From a virus (taxonomy: Duplodnaviria > Caudoviricetes), in IMG/VR virus record IMGVR_UViG_3300021379_002077, positions 1 through 53,039 of that record: 53,039 nt of DNA. One strand, written 5' to 3'. A program made the translations under genes and the position numbers. Within the stretch, counting starts at the first letter, position 1, and every line of letters begins with the position of its first letter. Positions 20,445 through 28,598 of this stretch are shown here, piece after piece. Under the pieces are notes generated by a model. That model did no database searches. It was not told where the DNA came from and saw nothing but the letters and a program-made list of their open reading frames with translations.

Positions 20445-21027
20445 TTTTCTTAATCTGTTTCTGAAATTCTTTTAATGTTTTGTCGTGGATGTTGATGCAT
20501 CCCTGAGCAGAAAGGCCAATCTTTTTACCAATATTTTTCCATGTATTCAACTTACCCTTTTCTCCTCCAAAATACCGTTCTTTAAAAATAATTTTTACTC
20601 TGTGATCCTTGTGAGAATTTATTAAATCAAGGATTGCTGTGAAACTCTCGTTGATTTCACATTTTGCGTTAGGATGCATTTCACTTGACTCTTCTGCATA
20701 ATCAATAGAGTCAAAAGATAAAGTTCTGTTGTTTTTCTTACTTGCTGTTTTCTTGCTTAAACAGAGATATTTTGCTTTATTACCAACATGAGTGGAAAAC
20801 TTAGCTTTATTTTCGTCATAGTCTAAGGCTGCTTTGTAAATGACATAATCTTTTTCATTCATTATGTCGTAAATCTCATTAATCGATAATGACTTAGAAG
20901 CGTATTTTTTTACCATATCGGCATAAACTCCAGAATGCCTGTTAATCAGAAGTTCAAGTGCCTCCTCATTGTCATGATGTCTGACAAGTTCGGTTAGTTC
21001 TGGGTCTGAAGCTTCAAAGTATTCCAT
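20437..21027 (-). CDS. sigma70-family RNA polymerase sigma factor
   Basis: Region 2 (EALELLINRH...IYKAALDYDENKAKFSTHV) and region 4 HTH (IFKERY...TWKNIGKKIGLSAQGCINIHDKTL). Confidence 0.85.
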   Translation of the reverse strand: MEYFEASDPELTELVRHHDNEEALELLINRHSGVYADMVKKYASKSLSINEIYDIMNEKDYVIYKAALDYDENKAKFSTHVGNKAKYLCLSKKTASKKNNRTLSFDSIDYAEESSEMHPNAKCEINESFTAILDLINSHKDHRVKIIFKERYFGGEKGKLNTWKNIGKKIGLSAQGCINIHDKTLKEFQKQIKKNA

Positions 21028-21103
21028 ATCTTAACAACGATTTATAATCGTTATAACTAGTGTTTTTGTCAAGTTAATTTTTTTTCTTGACTAATTATTT
21101 TTT

Positions 21104-21189
21104 GATACGATCATATACGTATCGGTAGGATACGTATCCTTTACAGTACTGTTAGGTTACGTATCCTTACAGTACTGTTAGGATGCGTA
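21104..21189. repeat. tandem array of palindromes (26-27 bp unit), candidate origin/operator
   Basis: TAGGATACGTATCCTTTACAGTACTGT (21126-21152), TAGGTTACGTATCCTTACAGTACTGT (21153-21178), partial TAGGATGCGTA (21179-21189); perfect palindromes AGGATACGTATCCT and ACAGTACTGT (x2). Confidence 0.85.
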
Positions 21190-21190
21190 G

Positions 21191-21232
21191 TTTATTAATA
21201 CTCACTACGTTCGTATTAATAAAGGCTTCGCC
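21191..21232 (-). other. DNA hairpins with GNA triloops and tandem GA mismatches
   Basis: Inverted repeat TTTATTAATAC / GTATTAATAAA enclosing (minus strand) GAACGTAGTGA, followed by GGCTTCGCC (minus strand GGCGAAGCC). Confidence 0.7.
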
Positions 21233-21283
21233 AAAAAAATATTGAAAATGTTGTTGACTAGCATCCCAACTCGATTAGCATTT

Positions 21284-21288
21284 GTGTA
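21284..21288 (+). promoter_or_regulatory. GTGTA motif upstream of nrdB
   Basis: GTGTA 12 nt before ATG 21301; a TTGACT-16-TAGCAT sigma70-like site lies just upstream. Confidence 0.5.
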
Positions 21289-21300
21289 AATTATTAAGAC

Positions 21301-22272
21301 ATGATTTTTGAAGAGCAAGTATCACGCAAGCCTGACCATTATCCATGGGCAGGAGAATTCATTGAGGCAATGCATAACGGGTTTTGGACCGACAAAGAAT
21401 TCAGTTTTGCCTCTGATATTCAAGATTTTAACGTGTCTCTTGACGATCAAGAAAGGGAAATTATTGTGCGGACACTCTCTGCTATTGGGCAGATCGAGGT
21501 TGCTGTGAAAAAATTCTGGAGTAAGTTGGGCGACAATTTGCCACATCCATCTCTTAGTGATTTGGGGTTTGTCATGGCTAATGTCGAAGTTATACACAAC
21601 AATGCTTATGAGCGTTTACTTGAAGTATTAGGATTGGAAGAAGTGTTTGAGCAGAATCTTAAACTGGATTTCATCCAAGGTCGTGTGAATTACCTTCGAA
21701 AATATACACATAAGTTCTATAAGAATAACAAGAAGCAGTATGTTTATGCGCTAATCTTATTTACTTTGTTTGTAGAAAACGTGTCTTTGTTTTCCCAGTT
21801 TTATGTAATCAATTGGTTTGCTCGCAATAAGAACGTATTAAAAGATACTGACCAACAAGTGAAGTATACTAGGAATGAGGAGAATCTTCATGCTCTTGTT
21901 GGAATGAAGATTATTAATACTATTCGTGAAGAGCATCCAGAGTTGTTTGATGCAGAATTAGAAGAGCGTATTTTGGACGAGGCTCAACAGGCATTCGCTG
22001 CTGAGAGCAAGATTGTAGACTGGATGATCAATGGTATTCGTCAAAAAGGATTGAACGCTATTGTTCTGAAAGAATTTATTAAAAATAGAATCAACGATTC
22101 TTTAGAAAAAATTGGCTTTAAACAAGCTTTTGAAGTTGACAAAAACCTGCTGAAAGATACAATTTGGTTTGAAGAGGAGTTACTTGGCAATAACGCTACT
22201 GACTTCTTTTATTCTAGACCTGTTGAATACTCTAAAAATTCGCAGACTTTCAATGCAGAAGACTTGTTTTAA
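21301..22272 (+). CDS. nrdB: ribonucleotide reductase beta subunit (class Id-like)
   Basis: FWTDKE, QIEVAVK, EVIHNNAY, ENVSLFSQF, EENLH, DFFYSRPVEY. Confidence 0.95.
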   Translation: MIFEEQVSRKPDHYPWAGEFIEAMHNGFWTDKEFSFASDIQDFNVSLDDQEREIIVRTLSAIGQIEVAVKKFWSKLGDNLPHPSLSDLGFVMANVEVIHNNAYERLLEVLGLEEVFEQNLKLDFIQGRVNYLRKYTHKFYKNNKKQYVYALILFTLFVENVSLFSQFYVINWFARNKNVLKDTDQQVKYTRNEENLHALVGMKIINTIREEHPELFDAELEERILDEAQQAFAAESKIVDWMINGIRQKGLNAIVLKEFIKNRINDSLEKIGFKQAFEVDKNLLKDTIWFEEELLGNNATDFFYSRPVEYSKNSQTFNAEDLF

Positions 22273-23919
22273 ATGACTGAATATTACTGGCTAAATGAGG
22301 ACTCAAGGACTTTCCTTGAGAGGGGTTATCTTAAGGATGGTGAAACGCCAGAAGGTAGAATTAGAGATATTGCTGATACTGCTGAGAAATATTTAGGTAT
22401 TAATGGTTTCGCTGATAAGTTTGTAGGATATATGAAGCAGGGATTTTATTCCCTTGCTTCTCCTGTCTGGTCTAACTTTGGAAGAACTAGAGGTTTGCCA
22501 ATTTCTTGTAATGGGGTTTACGTTCCAGATAGGATGGATGGTATTCTCGCCAAGCAATGCGAAGTTGGAATGCAGACCAAGCATGGTTCTGGGACTTCTG
22601 CTTACTTTGGTGATCTTCGTGAACGTGGTGCAAAGATTAATTCTGGAGGAGAATCTTCTGGAGCAGTCCACTTTATGGAGTTATTCGATAAAGTAGCTTC
22701 TGTTGTTTCTCAGGGAAATGTTCGTCGTGGATCTTTTGCAGCGTATTTGCCAATTGAACATCCTGATGTTAAGGAGTTTTTGCGTATTAGGAGTGAAGGT
22801 AATGCGATTCAGGAAATGTCTTTTGCAGTTACTGTAACAGATGATTGGATGAAATCAATGATTGGTGGAGATCCAGATAAACGTCAACTTTGGGCTTCCG
22901 TATTAAAGAAGCGTTTTGAGACAGGTTATCCATATTTATTTTTCCAAGATACAGCAAATAAACAAGCCCCTGATTGCTATAAAGATAAAGATATGAAGAT
23001 TTATGCTTCTAATCTTTGTAATGAAATTGCACTTCCTTCAAAAGAGGATGAGTCTTTTGTTTGTTGTCTTTCTTCTCTTAACTTAGTCCAATGGGATCAG
23101 ATTGTCCAAACTGATGCTATTGAAACTCTTACTATGTTCCTTGATTCTGTCATGGAGGAATATATTCAGAAGACCAAAGGTATTCCATTTATGGAAGCTT
23201 CTCACAACTTCGCCAAGCGTCATAGAGCTTTGGGAATGGGAGTTCTTGGTTGGCATTCTTATCTACAAAGTAAAATGATTAGCTTTGAGAGTATGGAAGC
23301 TAAACTTGAGAATAGTTCTATTTTTAAAGCTATTCGTAATAGAGCAGATAAAGCTACAGCAGAATTAGGAAATCTTCTTGGTGAGCCATTGTACTGTCAA
23401 GGTTATGGTCGCCGCAATACAACTACTTTAGCTATTGCTCCTACTACAAGTAGTTCATTTATTTTGGGACAAGTCTCTCCTTCTATCGAGCCACTTAACT
23501 CAAATTACTTTGTTAAGAATCTTGCTAAAGGTAAGTTTACTTATAGAAATCCATATCTTAAAACTCTTCTTGCTGAAAAGGGCAAGGATGACCAAGATAC
23601 TTGGATGAGCATCCTCGAAACTGGTGGTTCTGTTCAACATTTGTCATTTTTGACTCCAGAAGAAAAAGATGTATTTAAGACATTCGGGGAGATTACACAA
23701 AAAGAAATTGTAATTCAAGCAGCCCAAAGACAAAAGTTTTTAGATCAGGGTCAATCACTTAACTTAATGATTGCTCCAAAAGCTCCTCTCAAAGAAGTAA
23801 ATCAATTGATGATCTTTGGTTGGGAGAGTGGTCTTAAAGGTTTCTACTATCAGAGAAGTGCTAACCCAAGTCAGGAATTAGCAAGATCTTTGATGGAATG
23901 TAAATCTTGTGAGGGATAA
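22273..23919 (+). CDS. nrdA: ribonucleotide reductase alpha subunit (no ATP cone)
   Basis: ASPVWSN, PISC, RRGSFAAY, SNLCNEI, VCCLSSLNL, IAPTTSSS, DQGQSLN, GFYYQRS, C-terminal CKSCEG; only 548 aa. Confidence 0.95.
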   Translation: MTEYYWLNEDSRTFLERGYLKDGETPEGRIRDIADTAEKYLGINGFADKFVGYMKQGFYSLASPVWSNFGRTRGLPISCNGVYVPDRMDGILAKQCEVGMQTKHGSGTSAYFGDLRERGAKINSGGESSGAVHFMELFDKVASVVSQGNVRRGSFAAYLPIEHPDVKEFLRIRSEGNAIQEMSFAVTVTDDWMKSMIGGDPDKRQLWASVLKKRFETGYPYLFFQDTANKQAPDCYKDKDMKIYASNLCNEIALPSKEDESFVCCLSSLNLVQWDQIVQTDAIETLTMFLDSVMEEYIQKTKGIPFMEASHNFAKRHRALGMGVLGWHSYLQSKMISFESMEAKLENSSIFKAIRNRADKATAELGNLLGEPLYCQGYGRRNTTTLAIAPTTSSSFILGQVSPSIEPLNSNYFVKNLAKGKFTYRNPYLKTLLAEKGKDDQDTWMSILETGGSVQHLSFLTPEEKDVFKTFGEITQKEIVIQAAQRQKFLDQGQSLNLMIAPKAPLKEVNQLMIFGWESGLKGFYYQRSANPSQELARSLMECKSCEG

Positions 23920-23958
23920 AATTTCCCGAAGATTTTCATATGTGTATATACATGCACT

Positions 23959-24060
23959 ATGACCGAATCAGACACATTTTTTACAGACGAGGTAGAACTC
24001 GATGAAACAATAGCATTTATTTTAGATCGTATCGACGAAGCACAGCTCGACGAGGACTAA
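23959..24060 (+). CDS. 33-aa highly acidic peptide (not in ORF track)
   Basis: MTESDTFFTDEVELDETIAFILDRIDEAQLDED*; GTGTA at 23942-23946, 12 nt upstream of the ATG. Confidence 0.65.
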   Translation: MTESDTFFTDEVELDETIAFILDRIDEAQLDED

Positions 24061-24137
24061 TTTAAGTGATATTGTCTGCGGATTTCCAGCACCCAAATGG
24101 GGCTAGAAAAACAAAAACACTAACTAAAAATAGTAGT

Positions 24138-24560
24138 ATGACAATGATGATAAACAAGATGATGGCTCCTTTCGTTTTCGAAGGAGATATATTCAAGCGC
24201 ATGAATCAAATTATTGAGGAGAGTCGCGCTAATCCATATCGTGGCTCAGAGCCTTACGATATTTATAAGAAAGATGACTCTTTTATTGTTGAATTCGCGC
24301 TTGTTGGTCTAGACTCAGAAGACATTAGTGTCTCTGTATCTGGACAGACGTTAAAAATTGAAGCAGAAGCCAATCAAGATGATGAAGTTTCTGAATTCTA
24401 CCATAAAAAAATATCTCGACGCTCCGTCAAGAAGCACTTTACATTGCATGAGAGCATCGACAAAGACTCCATTGAGGCAGAATACAAGAATGGCCTATTG
24501 AGAGTCAAATTGCCTCTTGAAAAAGAGGAGAAAAAAGATATAATGATCAAAGTTAAGTAA
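24138..24560 (+). CDS. small heat shock protein Hsp20 (IbpA-like)
   Basis: PYDIYK...FIVEFALVG...DISVSV...LKIEA...YHKKISRRS...F.L...AEYKNGLLRVKL alpha-crystallin domain; ATG cluster from 24138 preferred over the GTG at 24066. Confidence 0.92.
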   Translation: MTMMINKMMAPFVFEGDIFKRMNQIIEESRANPYRGSEPYDIYKKDDSFIVEFALVGLDSEDISVSVSGQTLKIEAEANQDDEVSEFYHKKISRRSVKKHFTLHESIDKDSIEAEYKNGLLRVKLPLEKEEKKDIMIKVK

Positions 24561-24581
24561 CGCTTTGAAGTGATTTATATC

Positions 24582-24618
24582 GCCCTTCTAGGTTGTGCTT
24601 ACCTAGAAGGGTTTTTTT
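24582..24618 (+). terminator. rho-independent terminator after hsp20
   Basis: CCCTTCTAGG-loop-CCTAGAAGGG followed by a T-tract. Confidence 0.9.
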
Positions 24619-25548
24619 ATGAAATATTCTTTATTACACAGGGAGAAAGATGATATCTTAAATCCATCTGTTGTTTCTGGAGTTGGCAAAAGAGCTAATG
24701 TTCTTATGCGATACCTTGAATCAATTGATTCTTTATCTGGGGTTTACGACTACGATGATATAGAAAATATTGATAAAGACTCTATTATTATAGCTTTCAA
24801 TATTGAAGAGCAACATGCCTTTGATAAACTTGAATCTAGGAATTTAAAAGTTTGTAATTCTTATTGTTCTGGAGCTGATAAGCCTACTAACAAGATATAT
24901 ACATCTAAGAATATAAAAGTTAGATTTTTAAGTGAGGCAGTTAAGAATCTTTGTGATGGATTTTTTGATGAAGAAAACTCTTTTGTTTGTCATCATGGAT
25001 TTGGAGATTTTGAATATAAATCCTTAGATCGCGAAAAGAAATATTTTTTATGGTGTGCTAGCTTAGGTTGGGGTCCAATTGCCAAGGGGTTAAATCACTT
25101 TGTAAGAATGGCAAATTTAAACCCGAATTACGAATTCCTTGTTTATGGAGGCAAGTGGAACTCTGCTGCTTTAGAGCATGAATTACTAAAAGCATCTGAT
25201 CAAATTAGCAATCTAACTGTTAAGTTTGATTTAGCTGACGAAGATAAAGATGAGGTATTTTCTCAAGCTTTGGCTTTTTGTCAGTTTTCTCTTTTGATTG
25301 AAGCTGGAAATGTTCTTACTATCGAGTCTTTATTGAGAAATACTCCTGTTGTGACTCTTGATGTTGATAACGGATCTGTAAAAGAATATTTGAGTGACGA
25401 CAACATAAAGATGCACGATTATTTAATTAATGATGAATTTTTAAATCAAATTAATTCAGTTAGAGAGAGACTCATTGATAAAAACATTTATCGCGATAAA
25501 TTCTCTTGTGAATCTGAAATTAAAATTATAGCAAATCAATTTTTATGA
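24619..25548 (+). CDS. GT4-like glycosyltransferase
   Basis: SGVG N-terminal motif, CHHG, KGLNHFVRMA, IEAGNVLTIESLLRNTPVV (E-x7-E). Confidence 0.75.
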   Translation: MKYSLLHREKDDILNPSVVSGVGKRANVLMRYLESIDSLSGVYDYDDIENIDKDSIIIAFNIEEQHAFDKLESRNLKVCNSYCSGADKPTNKIYTSKNIKVRFLSEAVKNLCDGFFDEENSFVCHHGFGDFEYKSLDREKKYFLWCASLGWGPIAKGLNHFVRMANLNPNYEFLVYGGKWNSAALEHELLKASDQISNLTVKFDLADEDKDEVFSQALAFCQFSLLIEAGNVLTIESLLRNTPVVTLDVDNGSVKEYLSDDNIKMHDYLINDEFLNQINSVRERLIDKNIYRDKFSCESEIKIIANQFL

Positions 25549-26369
25549 AAAAAATATTAGTAACTGGATCTTCGGGTTATATTGGATCTCATCTTCTTAA
25601 AAAAATCCCAACTTCATTTAATGTTTTTGGCTTAGATAAAAAGGAGACTCAAGTTCCTGTAAAATTTTATCATGCTGACATTAGAAAAGATGTTTATTTA
25701 AAATATAAGGAAGACTTTGATTGTGTCATTCACCTTGCGGCAGAGATGCGTGTTGGAGAGTCTGTAAAAGATCCAATTCTTTATTATGAAACAAATGTTG
25801 TAGGTACTTTGAATTTATTACGCAATATTAGAACGAAGCATTTTATTTTTGCATCTACTGGTGCTGCTGAAGGTCTTGCTTCTCCATATGGAATCTCTAA
25901 AAAATCAGCAGAAGAAATTATAACACAGTTTTGTTTAGAAAAAGGTATCGATTACACTATTTTCAGATTCTATAATGTTATTGGGTCAGATGGTATAACC
26001 GTACAGAATCCAGATGGTCTATTTTATAATCTTTTAAAATCAAAAGATACTGGAGTTTTTAAAATCTTTGGTAACGATTATGATACTAAGGATGGGACTT
26101 GTGTTCGTGATTATGTCCACGTAAATGAGATTTGCGAATCAATAATTTCAGCTATCGATAATCCAGCCAATCAAATCGAGAATCTTGGTCATGGAAATGG
26201 TACATCAGTTTTGGAGATGTTTAATTTATTCAAGTCCTGCAATAATTTGGATATTTCTTTAGAATATGCTCCACGAAGAGAAGGTGATATGCCAGTTAGC
26301 GTTTTGAAAGATGTCAGCCCTTATATGAAGAAAATATATTCAATAGAAGATCTATTAAAAAATGAATAA
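25545..26369 (+). CDS. galE: UDP-glucose 4-epimerase-like NAD-dependent epimerase
   Basis: VTGSSGYIGSH, VIHLAA..VGESV..P..YY, YGISK, RFYNV, DGTCVRDYVHV, RREGD; compact 274 aa. Confidence 0.8.
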   Translation: MKKILVTGSSGYIGSHLLKKIPTSFNVFGLDKKETQVPVKFYHADIRKDVYLKYKEDFDCVIHLAAEMRVGESVKDPILYYETNVVGTLNLLRNIRTKHFIFASTGAAEGLASPYGISKKSAEEIITQFCLEKGIDYTIFRFYNVIGSDGITVQNPDGLFYNLLKSKDTGVFKIFGNDYDTKDGTCVRDYVHVNEICESIISAIDNPANQIENLGHGNGTSVLEMFNLFKSCNNLDISLEYAPRREGDMPVSVLKDVSPYMKKIYSIEDLLKNE

Positions 26370-27198
26370 CTTTTGGATTACAGGAATTACCTGCGAAGGT
26401 AATAAAGAAAATCTAATTGAGTTACTAGAACCAATTAGAAAATATTTTAATGGATTGATTTGGACATTTCATTATCCAAAAGATGATGGGGCTGATTATT
26501 TAGAGTCAATCAAAGGAGAGGGAGAGATTATTTACAGTAAGTGGTGTAATAGATTTGATTTTAGTCGTAACACATCTTTGTTTCAGTCTCCAATTAAAAA
26601 TGGTGATTGGTTTGTTGTTGTTGATGATGCTGAGAGGATTGATGAAAAGTTCGCAGCTTCTTTGAAAAACTTCACAAGGCAGTTTGATCAAAATGGTATT
26701 GATGGTGTTTACTTGAGAGGTAAACATTTTATGTTTAGATTTAATGAGTCTACAAAGTTTAAATTGAATCCACATTGTGGAGTAGATGGTGTTAATAGAA
26801 GTTTTGAAATAACATCTATTGAAGGTTGGGATGATTCTTTTTTTACAAACGTCAGAGGTGAACAAAGAGATAAGTTTGATTTTGTTCGCCACAATTTAAA
26901 ATATTATTTATACCCACAAACAAATCACCTTGTTTTGAAGTGTGAACATGACATGGACTTCATTAAAAAACGGTTTGACATAAGAGCTAAGTTTTTCAAT
27001 GAGTTGTATTCTCTAGGTTTAGACCCATATGACCTCGAAGATGTTTTTTCATATATTGTCCATGAGGATCTTAGTGAAGTAGCCAAGGAGTGTATTAATC
27101 AAGAAAAATACTTGAATGATGTGTACCGCTTCTATAAGATGGATTTAGACGACTTTGAAGAAGACTTCGATTTTAAAAATTTGATAAAAGTAAAATGA
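26362..27198 (+). CDS. GT2-like glycosyltransferase
   Basis: FDFSRNTSL...GDWFVVVDDAERI (DxD region)...PH, GT-A pattern. Confidence 0.7.
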   Translation: MNNFWITGITCEGNKENLIELLEPIRKYFNGLIWTFHYPKDDGADYLESIKGEGEIIYSKWCNRFDFSRNTSLFQSPIKNGDWFVVVDDAERIDEKFAASLKNFTRQFDQNGIDGVYLRGKHFMFRFNESTKFKLNPHCGVDGVNRSFEITSIEGWDDSFFTNVRGEQRDKFDFVRHNLKYYLYPQTNHLVLKCEHDMDFIKKRFDIRAKFFNELYSLGLDPYDLEDVFSYIVHEDLSEVAKECINQEKYLNDVYRFYKMDLDDFEEDFDFKNLIKVK

Positions 27199-27962
27199 AG
27201 ATTTCAATTTATAGATCTGCTTTCAATCTTGTAAGAAATCATTTCCAAGGCTGGGAGGAGTCTATACGTAAATCTTGTGATTTCGCTGATGAAGTCGTCA
27301 TTGCTATAAATACATCTTCTGATGGGACGTTAGAACTAATAAAAGATTTAGGTATTCCCAATTTAGTTATTTTAGAATGTGACATTCCGTATTCTGATCC
27401 ATTACTTGACGGGAAGTTGAAGAATGAGGCTTTACAAAAATGTTCTGGAGATGTTCTCATTCAATTAGATTTAGATGAATATATTCCTAAGTGGCAAAAG
27501 CCAATTTGGATTAAGTACGCAGAAAGTTTACTTGATGATTTTGTTTCATGCTATATGATTCCTTGTGTTGATATTTATGGTGACTTAAATCATTACAAAA
27601 GTATTGGAAACAAATGGTATCTTCATAAAAGGGGCTTGAATCGTGGTCCAGTTAATTTTGCAAGAAAGGAAGATGGAACGGTTGATACACATAAGAGTGA
27701 CACTTGTGAATTAATTGATTCAGAAGGAAACTTACTTCCTTCAAAAATAGTTCCTAATGATGTTTCTTTATTGGAAACGAATAAGATCCCTTTTGTTGTC
27801 CATTTGGGGTATCTAGATTTTTCTTCTAGAATTAATCGTAATAAAGAGTTTTGGGGTGAGCATTGGATAAAAGAGTCTGGTGGAGAAGAGCCTCCACACA
27901 AAATTCATTTATCTATCGATGATTTTGACGAACAGATTTTCGAACATAATTTAAATTTATAA
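27195..27962 (+). CDS. GT2 glycosyltransferase
   Basis: ADEVVIA..SSDGTLELI...KNEALQKCSGDVLIQLDLDE...VHLGY. Confidence 0.85.
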   Translation: MKISIYRSAFNLVRNHFQGWEESIRKSCDFADEVVIAINTSSDGTLELIKDLGIPNLVILECDIPYSDPLLDGKLKNEALQKCSGDVLIQLDLDEYIPKWQKPIWIKYAESLLDDFVSCYMIPCVDIYGDLNHYKSIGNKWYLHKRGLNRGPVNFARKEDGTVDTHKSDTCELIDSEGNLLPSKIVPNDVSLLETNKIPFVVHLGYLDFSSRINRNKEFWGEHWIKESGGEEPPHKIHLSIDDFDEQIFEHNLNL

Positions 27963-27974
27963 ATATAATAAAAT

Positions 27975-28598
27975 ATGAACATGCATTCTAATACTTATTC
28001 TATAAGTGAAGATCAATGGGTTTTTATTCATTTACCAAAAACTGGTGGTACATCTTTGCATCACGCAATAAAAGATCCAAGAGTCATTGGTAAAAATATC
28101 CATTTATTTATTAATCCAAATTATCCACCTTCAAAATATAATTATTTTACTTTTTTAAGGCATCCTGTTGATCGCGCTTGGTCTTATTATCAAATGTGTT
28201 TAAGGCTTGGTAGTCGGGAATATTTGAGGTTAGGTAGGGATTTGAAAAATCTACTTTCTTGTTGTTGGGAAACTCATAATGCAATGACAATGATTTTTTC
28301 TGGCAAAGAATGTGGAGATTATTATTTATCAATATATCTTAATGGCGGTATTGTATCTGATTCAGATTTCAAAGAACTTTACAAATCAGCATTAAATAAT
28401 TTAAACAATTTTAAATTCATTGGATTTATGGAAAATATAGAGCAAGATTCGCTTCTCTTGAAAAAATATATAGATATTGATAATATAGAGCATAGGAATA
28501 AACATTCTTATCCAAAAATCTCAGATCATGATCGGGAACAGATTGAAGAAAAAAATTATTTTGACTTAATGCTTTACAACACAATAAAGAATCAATGA
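27975..28598 (+). CDS. sulfotransferase (family 2-like)
   Basis: 5'-PSB motif FIHLPKTGGTS, 3'-PB motif FLRHPVDRAWSYY, FIGFME, NYFDLMLY. Confidence 0.88.
   Translation: MNMHSNTYSISEDQWVFIHLPKTGGTSLHHAIKDPRVIGKNIHLFINPNYPPSKYNYFTFLRHPVDRAWSYYQMCLRLGSREYLRLGRDLKNLLSCCWETHNAMTMIFSGKECGDYYLSIYLNGGIVSDSDFKELYKSALNNLNNFKFIGFMENIEQDSLLLKKYIDIDNIEHRNKHSYPKISDHDREQIEEKNYFDLMLYNTIKNQ

Noticed and set aside
21104-21232. Mini CRISPR array
   Set aside because: Repeat units are contiguous with no unique spacers, and there is no cas operon.
24066-24137. GTG-initiated N-terminal extension of Hsp20
   Set aside because: It runs through a hairpin and A-rich leader; the ATG at 24138 gives a typical sHSP length.
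24061-24137. CIRCE operator or tRNA upstream of hsp20
   Set aside because: Does not match TTAGCACTC-N9-GAGTGCTAA and has no cloverleaf or T-loop consensus.
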